From positions 1 through 64,000 of the IMG/VR virus record IMGVR_UViG_3300044632_001003: DNA of 64,000 nucleotides; one strand, 5' to 3'. The stretch's first letter is position 1. Each line of letters begins with the position of its first letter. The notes under the pieces are model-generated. The model did not search any database and was not told where the DNA came from. It was given only the letters and a program-made list of their open reading frames with translations. Of this stretch, positions 29,199 to 39,922 are shown in pieces. Position numbers and translations under genes: made by a program.

Positions 29199-29563
29199 TA
29201 GAGTTCTCCCTCATTAGGTTTAGTATCTTCTATCAACTCAACATCCTCACTCGTAACTGTCTTTTTGATCTTTTTCTTTGGTGGCATAGAAACCAATCCA
29301 AATTGCATTTCTGACTCTACAGTTTCTAATAACTTCCTTTCTTCCTCCTCTAATCTTTCCATTTCAGCAATTTTCAATTCGGCAATAATTGCTTTTGCCT
29401 TTTCCAATTCAGCAATTAAATCTTGAACTCTTTTATTTAATCCATCAATAATTTGATTACTAGAAGAAACACGAGCTTCTAAAGCAATCACTTGATTTAA
29501 TAAATCAAAAGATTTCTGTTGATAAGAACCTAATAAAATTTTATAATCTACGTCTGAAGCCAT
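29198..29563 (-). CDS. Hypothetical coiled-coil protein
   Basis: ORF track; late promoter upstream. Confidence 0.7.
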   Translation of the reverse strand: MASDVDYKILLGSYQQKSFDLLNQVIALEARVSSSNQIIDGLNKRVQDLIAELEKAKAIIAELKIAEMERLEEEERKLLETVESEMQFGLVSMPPKKKIKKTVTSEDVELIEDTKPNEGEL

Positions 29564-29585
29564 ATTAATGATTCCATAATAAAGT

Positions 29586-29592
29586 TATTTAT
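29586..29592 (-). promoter_or_regulatory. Late promoter ATAAATA
   Basis: Motif 22 nt upstream of the ATG at 29563. Confidence 0.6.
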
Positions 29593-29595
29593 CTA

Positions 29596-31719
29596 TCAGA
29601 ATGCACCACCATCGATTGTGATATTTTGAAGGAATCTTTCTCCACCTACGCATGTAATAACTTGAGATTGACCAGCACAATCATTAACCCAAAGAGAACC
29701 AATTTCAATCGGTGCATAAACAACATCCGACATAACGCTTGAAGTTTCTGTTACAGATGATGCAACAGCAACTCTATTTACAGATTCATCCCAATAAATT
29801 GCAGCTTTTTTCGCTGATGTTGTGTAATAATGCATTACAACACCAACATCAATATTTTGATCGGTTGATGGTGGTACTAAGCTGCCTCCACTATTAACTA
29901 ATCCAAGTTCAATAATACTATCTTCAACTTTAAGTTGTTCAGTATTAACAATTGTTTGGGTTCCAAGTACAGTAATATCGCCTGTGATTGTGACACTACT
30001 TGCAAAACTTACATTACCAGTAGTATTTGAAACTGTGATTGAAGGAGACCCATCAGCAGCATTAATAGTTCCTGTTCTAATAATGGGAGCTGATAATGTA
30101 GTTGTATTTGCATTATATGATAGAGTTGGATCTACATATGCAGTTTGTCCTGCTCCAGCGGTTGATGAATCAACAAAGGTTAGATATCTTGTATTGGAAT
30201 CAACTACGGATGAGACATCAATTGATGATGATCTAGTTGCTGTTGAAATTGTACCTGTAATTGTACCAGTGATTGTACCAGTGACTACAAGGTCATCTTC
30301 AACACGAACTGTAGTTGCAACTTCTCCAGACTTAAGGATTAAGTTTCCAGAGTTTGTACTAATAATATTAGTACCTTCAGTTCCAACACCAATATTACCA
30401 ATTAATGCACCACCAGATGTTACCTTGATACCAGAAGTAAATGTTGCAAATCCAGTTGTATTTGTCTGTGCAGTAATATCAACTGTATTTGTTGCAGCAT
30501 CAAGTCTTAGATTACCTGAAGATGTATCAATTTGAGTTGTACTATTAACTCCTATTTGAATATTTTTGACGGTCTCGCTACCAACAATCGTAGAATTACC
30601 TTGAACATCAAGATTTCCTAATACACTAGCATCACCAACTGTTACTACTCTTGAATCTGCACCTGTTAAGAATAGAGACCCTGATGTTGTATTAATGGTT
30701 CTCGCTGAAGTAATACCAATAGTAACATTGGCACCCCTTAATCCACTAGTAGCCGATACAATTCCACTAAAGCTACCATTTAACCAGGTTTTTCCCTGAG
30801 TTGCATCACCAATATTATAAGCATTGTCGATATTTGGAAGCCAGTTTCCTTCTACATCAGCATTAACAATAATATTATCTGTCTCAGCATTTCCAAGAGT
30901 AATGTCACCATTGAAAACTGCATTACCCTCAAAAGTCGATGCTTGAGATACACTTAGAGCAGCACCAACATAAAGGTTTTGTGCAATACTAGCACCACCC
31001 TTAACATCTAACGCACCTTGACCAAGGTTTGTTGTGTTGGCAGTGCTAGCAATCGTTGTAACACCTGTAATAGAAGCACCAGCACCAACGAAAAGATTTC
31101 TCGCTAATCCTACCCCACCGTTAATAACAACTGCTCCAGTGCTCGTAGAAGTCGAGTCTGTGGTGCTTGTGACTCTAAGACCAGATACAAAAGTTCCTAA
31201 CCCAGAAACTTGAATCTGACCACCGATATTTGTATTCTTTTCTACTCCAAGACCACCATCTACAACTAAAGAACCAGTATCTTTATTAAATGAATCTGTA
31301 GTATCCGAAACATAAACTGCAGACTGGAATGTACTAAATCCAGTAACATATAGACTTGATAAATTAACTTGTGTTAATGCACTTGACCAGGATAACTGAC
31401 CATTTGCATCAGATTGCAGCAGACCACCAGCTACTGGTGTTGCTGGTAGTACATAAGTAGTTACACCTGCTAGTACATTGGGTGCCTTAAGACTTATTCT
31501 GTTCGAACCGTTTCTATCTACTAAGTTTAAATATGCAGACTCAATTCCGTCTTCTCTAGTCCAATATCTTTGACTTCCGAAGAATTTATTATTACCAATC
31601 GTATCATCAAGACCAATGTAGAAATCATAAAAGTCAGTTGTAAATCCTGGTTCCCCCGCTCCAAGTGCTGGCAATCCAGCGTAATTACCTCTTTTAAACT
31701 GAATTACGGCGGCTGTCAT
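29596..31719 (-). CDS. Fibre-like virion protein with Mtd-N-like N-terminus
   Basis: IQFKRG...GEPGFTTD N-terminus, repeated GALxVxGGxG(I/V) units, C-terminal IDGGAF. Confidence 0.75.
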   Translation of the reverse strand: MTAAVIQFKRGNYAGLPALGAGEPGFTTDFYDFYIGLDDTIGNNKFFGSQRYWTREDGIESAYLNLVDRNGSNRISLKAPNVLAGVTTYVLPATPVAGGLLQSDANGQLSWSSALTQVNLSSLYVTGFSTFQSAVYVSDTTDSFNKDTGSLVVDGGLGVEKNTNIGGQIQVSGLGTFVSGLRVTSTTDSTSTSTGAVVINGGVGLARNLFVGAGASITGVTTIASTANTTNLGQGALDVKGGASIAQNLYVGAALSVSQASTFEGNAVFNGDITLGNAETDNIIVNADVEGNWLPNIDNAYNIGDATQGKTWLNGSFSGIVSATSGLRGANVTIGITSARTINTTSGSLFLTGADSRVVTVGDASVLGNLDVQGNSTIVGSETVKNIQIGVNSTTQIDTSSGNLRLDAATNTVDITAQTNTTGFATFTSGIKVTSGGALIGNIGVGTEGTNIISTNSGNLILKSGEVATTVRVEDDLVVTGTITGTITGTISTATRSSSIDVSSVVDSNTRYLTFVDSSTAGAGQTAYVDPTLSYNANTTTLSAPIIRTGTINAADGSPSITVSNTTGNVSFASSVTITGDITVLGTQTIVNTEQLKVEDSIIELGLVNSGGSLVPPSTDQNIDVGVVMHYYTTSAKKAAIYWDESVNRVAVASSVTETSSVMSDVVYAPIEIGSLWVNDCAGQSQVITCVGGERFLQNITIDGGAF

Positions 31720-31755
31720 CTAGATTGCCTCGCTTTTGATACTCTTTCCTTTAGG

Positions 31756-31763
31756 TATTTATA
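31756..31763 (-). promoter_or_regulatory. Late promoter TATAAATA
   Basis: Exact consensus upstream of the fibre gene. Confidence 0.8.
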
Positions 31764-31767
31764 TTTT

Positions 31768-32082
31768 TTACCAAGTTCCACCATCTAAATCAATATTATT
31801 TGCTCTAGATTGATCTGTATCCAAAGCATCGATAAAAGAACCTGGTAATCCAGCAGCAGAAGCTGTATTTACCGTTGCAGCGGCTGCTACTAAAATTTGA
31901 TCTGGATCTACAAATACATATTTGTTCAGAGCAGCATTATAAACCATAACAAACTTATCAGCTCTACCCGAGATATCTATATCTGATATATCAGATAATT
32001 TAATTCCAGATCCAGCAAATGAGTTGGATGCAATTACTCTAATTGTGTTTTGTTGTCCTACTCTAGCCTTTATAGATGTCAT
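31768..32082 (-). CDS. Small fibre-associated protein
   Basis: LSDISDID repeat-like segment, C-terminal LDGGTW. Confidence 0.65.
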   Translation of the reverse strand: MTSIKARVGQQNTIRVIASNSFAGSGIKLSDISDIDISGRADKFVMVYNAALNKYVFVDPDQILVAAAATVNTASAAGLPGSFIDALDTDQSRANNIDLDGGTW

Positions 32083-32420
32083 TAAGTTGTTACTCCTTCT
32101 CTGACTAAAGCGTTTCCTTCGATAACCCTTGTTTTGTATCCAGTAGAGCTAGTAATTACTATATCGTAAACATATCTACCTGGTTTTAAATCTGCGGTTT
32201 GACCAGAAGTTAAGGCAATTCCAACTGTACCATTAGCAGCATTACTTATTGTTGCTGTAAATGCTGTAGAAGAAGAACTGGCAGGATGTTTTTTAAGTTT
32301 GGATGCTATGGAATAATTTGTCAGATTAAAAGAAGTATCACCTTGAGTGTTAGTCAGATTAAATGTTTGGAAAAAGTCAGTACCACAATTAATCACTAAA
32401 TTTGATACATATACTGCCAT
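32082..32420 (-). CDS. BppU-like baseplate/fibre adaptor
   Basis: GTDF...FNLTNYSIASKLKKH...LTSGQTADLKPGRYVYDI...RVIEG pattern. Confidence 0.65.
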   Translation of the reverse strand: MAVYVSNLVINCGTDFFQTFNLTNTQGDTSFNLTNYSIASKLKKHPASSSSTAFTATISNAANGTVGIALTSGQTADLKPGRYVYDIVITSSTGYKTRVIEGNALVREGVTT

Positions 32421-32448
32421 CTACTTTTTGAAATAACATCTCATGTTA

Positions 32449-32631
32449 TTATTTAGTTCCGATAGACTCTAAAGAAATAATAGTCTCCTGGGTTTTCAAA
32501 AATAATTTGACATAGCATTTTGCAACATCTCGCATTTTCTCTAAATCATTACACGCATCAATTTCTCTTGAGATTTTTGCATATTCAAAATTTTTGTTTA
32601 GATTTTCTAAAGTAATTTCGTCAGGATTCAT
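32449..32631 (-). CDS. Small helical protein, possibly NblA-like
   Basis: 60 aa, two-helix pattern FEYAK...I....EKMRDV...YVKLFL. The ORF is well supported; the family call is tentative. Confidence 0.55.
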   Translation of the reverse strand: MNPDEITLENLNKNFEYAKISREIDACNDLEKMRDVAKCYVKLFLKTQETIISLESIGTK

Positions 32632-32830
32632 TTTTTAAAAGTTGTACTAATAGAGTTTTAATTTCACTTAATTCATTTTTCAATTCCAATATTTCTTGTT
32701 TTTCTTTATTCCTTCTTTCCCTTTGTTTAATATACTGCGAATATTCATATTCATCTGTATTAATTATTGCACCAGAACTTGTATCTCTGTACAAGTTCTT
32801 TTCGCCTTCAACACGAATCATTTTTTTCAT
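32621..32830 (-). CDS. Conserved hypothetical protein with C-terminal coiled coil
   Basis: ORF track 32621..32893; start moved to MKKMIRVEG just after the upstream stop. Confidence 0.7.
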   Translation of the reverse strand: MKKMIRVEGEKNLYRDTSSGAIINTDEYEYSQYIKQRERRNKEKQEILELKNELSEIKTLLVQLLKNES

Positions 32831-32831
32831 A

Positions 32832-35800
32832 TTAAGCCAATGCAATAGCACGAATATCCTTAAATTTAGGAGATTTTGCCTCATTGGTTCCACTCATAAC
32901 AATTTTAATAGAATATCCAGTAAATTGCTCTAAATCATCAACACTGAATTGATATTCAATGAATTCATTTTCCCTACTAGAGCGAACTAGTTTATCTGGT
33001 TTTCCATTATTGTTTGCTTCATTAACAATAGTATCCCCAAAACCATCGTTATTTGTATCAGTTAAGTTATCATAACCAGGGAACAGATTATATGATTGTG
33101 CAATTTCACTAGAGTCTGCTTTAAAGAGTCTATAAAGAACTCTAAAATCTGCAGAGGAGTCTCTGTATGCTGAAACAAAGACTTTAAGTGAAGTTGCTGG
33201 TTGAGATAAATTAACTCTCTGAGACACATAGATAGCAGAATGAGGGTCTCCGCTTAGTTGATTAACTCTAGAGTCATTTGCATAGTCAAGTATTGGATTA
33301 TTGAGACGATTTCTTCCAAGAGCAACAAATGCTGTCTGAGTATCGATCGCAGGGGAAAGATTTGGATCATTAGACTTCATTGAAACATTAACAGTTAGAG
33401 ATCTGTTCTTTGGAAGTGTGGTTAATCTTGTTGTCTCATTGATTCTTGAACATACAATTCTTGGAGATGAAAGGTCATTAATTTGATTGAGTTGAACTGC
33501 TTCAAATCCATTATCCAAGAATGATACCTCTGAACCACCTGCACTTGTGCCAGAAACTGTTCTAATTGAACCAGAAACTGATGAAGACTGACCTGGTGTA
33601 ATTACATTGAATTGTGGGATAATAGAATTATACTGAATATTTTGAGAAACCGAAATATCATCTCCACCAACTTGAGACTCAAGTGAGAAGTTCAATTGCG
33701 ATTCTCCAGTGGAACGAGAACCCCTATCAATTTCAATATTATAACTATCGATATCATTGAGACTTCTTAACGTTGCATCAGAGGACATGTCATGGGTTTT
33801 ATTTACTCTTGTTAAAGAAACATCTCCAATTTCATACTTATAAACAGGGTCATTTACATAGTGTTTTCTAATAGCAGTTCCATCAACACCTCTGGTTGCA
33901 ATTCCAAGTACGCCACTGCCAATGCTATTATAGTAGATAACTTCATTATTAACTTTTAGATATCCAAATGCTGTAGTTATTCCTTCAAATCTTGAAAATC
34001 CAGTGGTATTAGCTAATGAAATTGTAGTATCTGTTATATCTAAATCAACGGTTAGGGAAGTTGGATTTGTATTTGGTTTAACTCCACTAATAGTAACTTT
34101 ATTATTATTGGAAGTCATGCCATGATTAAACTGAGTAACTTCTAGAACATTTCCAGAATATTGACCACCAACAGCTGTTGATGTAATAACTACAGTATTC
34201 GCATATGAAACTTGAGTTGTATCATTAGTATAAACTTGAAGACTGCCACCTAAAAGGAAATTGTCACCCTGTACATTAGTCAAATATAGTGTATCATATC
34301 CATCAATTCCACTGATAGACAGTCTAGCACCTGTACCAGAATTGCCAACATCTGCTGTAACAACTCCAACAACATCACCAACAGAAAATCCTTTTCCAGT
34401 TGCAATACCAGTTGTATTGATTACGACTTGATTAAGTTTTCCTGTATTGAAGAATGAAACTGATTGTGCAATTAAATCACTACCATTTCCTGTAATTGGG
34501 TATAGGCGAACATTTGGATATGAACCGCCAGAATAACCAGCACCAGTAGAAATCGTTGTAATTCCAGTGAATGAAACACCACCTCCAACTCTTTCAATGT
34601 ATCCATTAGCCAGAGAAGTGCTTGCCTTAACTCTCTTACCAGGTACTAATTGTTGTTTGATAGAGTTTAAATAAACAGTTGTAATACCAACATTAATTTT
34701 TCTTGGGAAGATTCTTATTGAATCTGGAATTAATTTTTGAATATTGGAGTCACCAACTTCTAACTTTGGATTGTAGAAGAATGCAGATCCAGATTGGGAA
34801 GTAAATTTCGCTTTATAAAGTTTGAATTTCAAATCTTCAAATTGGCTCGCTGTCCAAATAGTACCATTTTGGGATTTAAATAGACTTCCTCCAATATATT
34901 GTTTCGTTACCATTACAGACTCTGCATCTGGTAAATTCTGCCCATTTACAGTCTTTTCACCCATTCTCGCAACCCAAAGTTCATAATTATTCGTTGTAGG
35001 TGCAAGAACAACAATTGCATATTCTCTTTGTGGTTGTAAGTATATTGGTGATGGGAAAGTTACTTTTGTTGCAACAGATGCATCTGAAGATATTCCAATT
35101 TGACTTGGTTCTAAAATTACTCTCGCAAAATCTTGTACAAGTCTATCAGTAGGTGTTCCAAGTTCAACATCTCTAACTTCAACATAGCATTTTTCATTTT
35201 CATCTTTGCTTGCAAAGTATAAATCTACTGCAGTTAAGAAAGCACCCGTCTCATCAACAGTGAATGATTGTGCAAGTGGATCCTTTCCACCACCTCTATT
35301 AGGTGGTGGTGGGGGTGGAGTTCTTACAATAACAGTATCTTGTCTGTAAGTATCTACTATTCCGCTAGCAGAATATGTTGTTTCACCACTACTGATCAGC
35401 AAACTACCAGGAAGTGGAGTTGCATTTGTTGAGCTAGTTGTTAGTTTAAATGTTCTACTACCAGTTTGAATTCTTATTGATGGTGGAGGAGTTGTTAGTG
35501 GATCTCTAATGAAGAATGAACCAATTAAATCACCAAAAGTGTCAGCTACTAATCTAATATTCGAAACTATGCAGGTGGCACCACTAGTTTGTCCAACAAG
35601 AGTCATTCCACTTGTAACATAACCACTATATTTGCCTAGAACTTCTTCCGAGAGTGAAGCAATATCAATATTTAAAACCGTTGCAGATGCTGAATATTGA
35701 GTACTTAATGATAATGAGGTATTATATGGATTTGAATTGTACGTTGTTGTTGGTGTTAAATATGGTCCAGATTTGTGATCGGGTCTAGATGTTCTAAAAG

Positions 35801-38800
35801 TAATGAGTTTAGATGCACCTACAAACCCATCTACAGTCTCTCCGACTGAGAAAGTTCCAGATTGCATTTCAATTTCAAGTAGTTTGGGAACAACATCAAT
35901 ACCCGATATTCCATCAAGGAATGGGTAGTATCTTCCTAATGGTTTTAATCCACCAGATGCAAATTGTACGTTTCTAGAACGCATGTACGTGTCTGGTTCT
36001 GAACTAATTAGAACATTATCGATGTAGGAACCATTCCATCCACCAGTTATTGTTCTAGTTCCACCAGGGACATATACGTTTCTAACCCAGTTATCCGAAG
36101 CTGGTGAGAGAATAACTCTTCCAATATATTCAACCATTTGGAATGGATTTACATTTTCAACTCTTGAAGCTAATGGTTGCTGAATCCATTCCTTTTCTTC
36201 ATAATTGAGAGTGATTAAATCTCCAGTCTTCTTGACATTTGGATCTAGAAGTGCCAAATTGCTGCTAAAGTCTGCAGTATCGGAGTTAATGGAATCTGAT
36301 AATGCTGGTTCTAATTTTAATGAATAGAAATCAGTTGGTGTCTTTAATTCTTTGCTTTCAGTATCAACATCAGACTTTGAATCAAAGTTTGTCAAATCCA
36401 TTCTTCCATTATCAGAAAAATCATCTACAAAGAATCCTGACTTAAACCTTGATAGTCCATCAGCATCTTGTATTTGAAGACTCTTTGTATTAAGTTCTAA
36501 CAAACTTAAAGATGTTACTGTTTCTAAGGTTTCTATTCTGTCCTCTAGTTTTCCAATATCTCTCATCGTATATCTTCTATTATCAATTAAATTAATAGAA
36601 GCATCTTTTACATTGTATAAGTATGGTGGGTAAGATATTGTAGCGATTGTCATCGCTTCTTCAACATTTACTGGTTCTTTAGGTGGAGTTGAAGAAGTTC
36701 CTTTAACTACACTGATATTTCCTTGTTTATCTAAAACAACTTTATCAACTCTTGATAGATAATACTTATATCCTAAAATGGAACTTTCATTTGGAGAAAC
36801 AACCAAATTGGTATTTACTGATGACGAACCAAATGTGCGACTAGAAAAATCAAATGGGGAACTTGAAGTTGAAGTAAAATCGGAAACCCTTGGTCTAAAG
36901 TCAATTACATCAGAAGCTCTTGTATTATTTGCTAGTATTGGAATATCTTTTGTATATCTTTCTTTATCATAAGAATTTACTGTGTAGAAGTCACCAGTAT
37001 CGTTTGATGGGACAACATACTTATCAAATATAATCAGTAGCTTTCTGGAAGGTGATACAGTACCTCTATTTCTAACAATTCTAGAGTAATCGTAATATTG
37101 CTCTTTTTGACCCTTATCTAGAGAATATCTATCTGTAATGTTTAAATAACTTCCAGATGTAATTGCTTGAATTGATGATTGAATATTTGATTCACTAAAA
37201 GTAACTAACTCACCGACAACAAATTTATTTGAGTTTAGATAAACAAATTGAATATCTGTTGAAGATGGTTTATTTACAATTTGAGCAACAGATCCACTTT
37301 CAGAACCTGTAATTTTTTCACCAATAATTGCATTAATGTCAAGTCCTAACCCACTAACAAATTGTAAAGTATCTAAAGTTGGTGTTGAAGTTGATAAAGA
37401 CTCATAAACTGCAATCAGTTTTACAGCGTCTGGGACATTCAGTGATATTTCTCTATCTTCAACTCTTAGACCATAATAAGGACTCGTTGATAGTCCAGAA
37501 ATTGATGTTGAAACTCCAGAAGAAGTAGAACTTACGATTATCTGAGCACTTCTAATATAATCCTTTCTTTTACTTTTTACAGCCTGCCTCTTGATTGTTG
37601 TATTAACTGTTACGCTACCAATTCCAGATCTTAATCCAGTAAAGTTTATTTGTGAATTATTTGCAGATAACGATACTTGGTCTGAAGTTAGTTGTTCAAC
37701 TGCACCATCATTATAAATTATCGAATATCTATCGCTATCATAAGGTTCAAAAAATGCACTACTAAATCCTAAAGTATTTGTATTGAGACTTAAATTTCCA
37801 GAGGGGCTTGTAGATTGTCCATTTACTTGCTTTACAATTGTTACCGTAGATGAATTTAAATCTACAGTGGAAACATTTGGAGAAGATAATTTAGCATATA
37901 AAAATGCGTTATCTTCATTTTGAACTTTTGGAAGTCCGATGGTAAAAGTAGCATCAACTGTTCCCGATCCTGGAACTCCACCATCACATACTCCAAAAAC
38001 TGTGCTAACTCCAGTCAGATACAAATATTGTAAATCTGTTGATACTGCTGTTACTCTATTATATGTTTCAGTTGTGAATCCAGGTCTTTGATATCTAATT
38101 ATCGTATTGGTTGATATTCCACTGAAGGTTTTTCCAGCACATGTTGCAATACCAATGGAATTAACAGTAATTGTATCAGTTATTGAAAATCCTGTTGGGA
38201 TTTTTCTATCTAAAATAGTATCTGCAGAAAAATCTGTGGTTATTCCAGATGCAGTTGTATATGATTGATAAACCGATTTTATGTCCTTAATACTATTTGT
38301 TTCTACAGCAACAATGGATCTTCTATATTCAGAAGATTCATTAATTAAAACTTGCTCTCCAACAATAAAGTTTCCAGAAGTTTGAGAAAGATAGATTCCT
38401 GTGGTCCCAGATGGTCCTGGAGCTTGTACAAGATAACCTGAAGCTCCACTACTTAAACCTCTAATATAACTTGTCGCTGGACAAAATCCAGAAAATACAA
38501 GTTCATTTAAAGTTATTTTTGTATAAGTTTGGATATCAAAAAGATATAGATTAAATGCTGAGCTTTCATTTACATAATCTGAATTTGCTGAAAATGAATA
38601 AACTCTCGCTCTACCAATTGTTTCACCAGATGCTGCATTATTAGAAGTTTTTCTATATGTTTGTAGATCAACATAGTTATTATTATTATTTAATCCAACA
38701 AATGGGCATCCACGAACGTTATTGACTTTTACTAGATTTCCCATTTCAAATGGGATTGAAGCAGATGTTACTGTTTCTAAATCTCTAGGTTTTTCTACAT

Positions 38801-39920
38801 CTAAGATTGTTGTTCCTGGAAAATCAATATCATATCCTCTAACATAAGCTTTTCCTGGAGAAATTTTTACGCAAACTAAGTCATCAGATGGGGTATTATT
38901 TTGCTCTGTTTTTTGATCAGAATTATAAATTCCACCATTGGATAACCTATCATTTAAAGATTCTGCTAATTCAACGCCAAAAGCCCCAACGGAATAATCT
39001 CCAGATTCTTCAAAAGTTCTCTTTGCGAAATAATCTTTGATTATTGAATATGTTGATTTATCCTGCAGTTTTTTAATTTCACCATTATCAATTCTTACTA
39101 GTTCAATAAAATTCTTATCATCAAAATCTGTTAATACTTTTTTTGCTAAAACAGTTGAAATTTTTAATCTATCTGCTCCAGGAGCGGCATAGTTGGAAAA
39201 TCCACGAGCATTATCATAAAGGGAAGAATCATCGCCAGAAGAAATTAATTCTTCAGAAATATTAAATCCAACTCTATATGAAGATGAATTTGAGTATGGA
39301 TCTAATATAATAGTGTCTTTTTGTACTTGTACAAAAGTTCCTCTAATAAAATAAACACCCTCACTAACATGAACGGCTGAGGATACTGAAGTTGCACTGC
39401 TATCTACGCAAGAAGCAAAACTATCACCAACCTGGAGAGTTGTATTGCCATATGTTATAGATTCTTGAAGAATTAGAGTTTCCCCATCATTAAATGGTGC
39501 TGGTTCTAAATCTATATTTGCGTTTATATATTTTACATATATTGTAGGATATTCAATATCTAAATCTGGTGGAAGTAGAATCTTTTGTACAGATGCAGTT
39601 ACTCCAGATTCAGCACCTGTGATTTTTTTACCAACAATACTATTCAAATAAATTGAAATATCAATTCCAAAATGTTGTGGGTTTAATTTGACTGCATTGT
39701 AAAGTCTATCATATGTGACTCCACCAGGAATCACCATTGATCCATCTTTGAAAATATGACTACCAAAAGATTCAATTTGATTCTGTAGAATAGACTGTAG
39801 AGTCGTTAATTCTCTAGCTTGTACAGGATATCCTGGTTTAAATAAGACACGATAAAAATTATCATTCTTATCAAAATCATCATAATATGGATTGATATTT
39901 AAATTAGTTTTTTGTGGCAT
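32832..39920 (-). CDS. Large virion structural protein (VrlC-like, DUF4815-like), 2362 aa
   Basis: MPQKTNLNINPYYDDF, FKPGYPVQARELTTLQS, RFKSGFFVDDF, DPLAQSF; position after gene 8. Confidence 0.88.
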   Translation of the reverse strand: MPQKTNLNINPYYDDFDKNDNFYRVLFKPGYPVQARELTTLQSILQNQIESFGSHIFKDGSMVIPGGVTYDRLYNAVKLNPQHFGIDISIYLNSIVGKKITGAESGVTASVQKILLPPDLDIEYPTIYVKYINANIDLEPAPFNDGETLILQESITYGNTTLQVGDSFASCVDSSATSVSSAVHVSEGVYFIRGTFVQVQKDTIILDPYSNSSSYRVGFNISEELISSGDDSSLYDNARGFSNYAAPGADRLKISTVLAKKVLTDFDDKNFIELVRIDNGEIKKLQDKSTYSIIKDYFAKRTFEESGDYSVGAFGVELAESLNDRLSNGGIYNSDQKTEQNNTPSDDLVCVKISPGKAYVRGYDIDFPGTTILDVEKPRDLETVTSASIPFEMGNLVKVNNVRGCPFVGLNNNNNYVDLQTYRKTSNNAASGETIGRARVYSFSANSDYVNESSAFNLYLFDIQTYTKITLNELVFSGFCPATSYIRGLSSGASGYLVQAPGPSGTTGIYLSQTSGNFIVGEQVLINESSEYRRSIVAVETNSIKDIKSVYQSYTTASGITTDFSADTILDRKIPTGFSITDTITVNSIGIATCAGKTFSGISTNTIIRYQRPGFTTETYNRVTAVSTDLQYLYLTGVSTVFGVCDGGVPGSGTVDATFTIGLPKVQNEDNAFLYAKLSSPNVSTVDLNSSTVTIVKQVNGQSTSPSGNLSLNTNTLGFSSAFFEPYDSDRYSIIYNDGAVEQLTSDQVSLSANNSQINFTGLRSGIGSVTVNTTIKRQAVKSKRKDYIRSAQIIVSSTSSGVSTSISGLSTSPYYGLRVEDREISLNVPDAVKLIAVYESLSTSTPTLDTLQFVSGLGLDINAIIGEKITGSESGSVAQIVNKPSSTDIQFVYLNSNKFVVGELVTFSESNIQSSIQAITSGSYLNITDRYSLDKGQKEQYYDYSRIVRNRGTVSPSRKLLIIFDKYVVPSNDTGDFYTVNSYDKERYTKDIPILANNTRASDVIDFRPRVSDFTSTSSSPFDFSSRTFGSSSVNTNLVVSPNESSILGYKYYLSRVDKVVLDKQGNISVVKGTSSTPPKEPVNVEEAMTIATISYPPYLYNVKDASINLIDNRRYTMRDIGKLEDRIETLETVTSLSLLELNTKSLQIQDADGLSRFKSGFFVDDFSDNGRMDLTNFDSKSDVDTESKELKTPTDFYSLKLEPALSDSINSDTADFSSNLALLDPNVKKTGDLITLNYEEKEWIQQPLASRVENVNPFQMVEYIGRVILSPASDNWVRNVYVPGGTRTITGGWNGSYIDNVLISSEPDTYMRSRNVQFASGGLKPLGRYYPFLDGISGIDVVPKLLEIEMQSGTFSVGETVDGFVGASKLITFRTSRPDHKSGPYLTPTTTYNSNPYNTSLSLSTQYSASATVLNIDIASLSEEVLGKYSGYVTSGMTLVGQTSGATCIVSNIRLVADTFGDLIGSFFIRDPLTTPPPSIRIQTGSRTFKLTTSSTNATPLPGSLLISSGETTYSASGIVDTYRQDTVIVRTPPPPPPNRGGGKDPLAQSFTVDETGAFLTAVDLYFASKDENEKCYVEVRDVELGTPTDRLVQDFARVILEPSQIGISSDASVATKVTFPSPIYLQPQREYAIVVLAPTTNNYELWVARMGEKTVNGQNLPDAESVMVTKQYIGGSLFKSQNGTIWTASQFEDLKFKLYKAKFTSQSGSAFFYNPKLEVGDSNIQKLIPDSIRIFPRKINVGITTVYLNSIKQQLVPGKRVKASTSLANGYIERVGGGVSFTGITTISTGAGYSGGSYPNVRLYPITGNGSDLIAQSVSFFNTGKLNQVVINTTGIATGKGFSVGDVVGVVTADVGNSGTGARLSISGIDGYDTLYLTNVQGDNFLLGGSLQVYTNDTTQVSYANTVVITSTAVGGQYSGNVLEVTQFNHGMTSNNNKVTISGVKPNTNPTSLTVDLDITDTTISLANTTGFSRFEGITTAFGYLKVNNEVIYYNSIGSGVLGIATRGVDGTAIRKHYVNDPVYKYEIGDVSLTRVNKTHDMSSDATLRSLNDIDSYNIEIDRGSRSTGESQLNFSLESQVGGDDISVSQNIQYNSIIPQFNVITPGQSSSVSGSIRTVSGTSAGGSEVSFLDNGFEAVQLNQINDLSSPRIVCSRINETTRLTTLPKNRSLTVNVSMKSNDPNLSPAIDTQTAFVALGRNRLNNPILDYANDSRVNQLSGDPHSAIYVSQRVNLSQPATSLKVFVSAYRDSSADFRVLYRLFKADSSEIAQSYNLFPGYDNLTDTNNDGFGDTIVNEANNNGKPDKLVRSSRENEFIEYQFSVDDLEQFTGYSIKIVMSGTNEAKSPKFKDIRAIALA

Positions 39921-39922
39921 CT

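Noticed and set aside
29596-31719. Diversity-generating retroelement target (Mtd-like N-terminus)
   Set aside because: No reverse transcriptase and no template/variable repeat pair is visible in the window.
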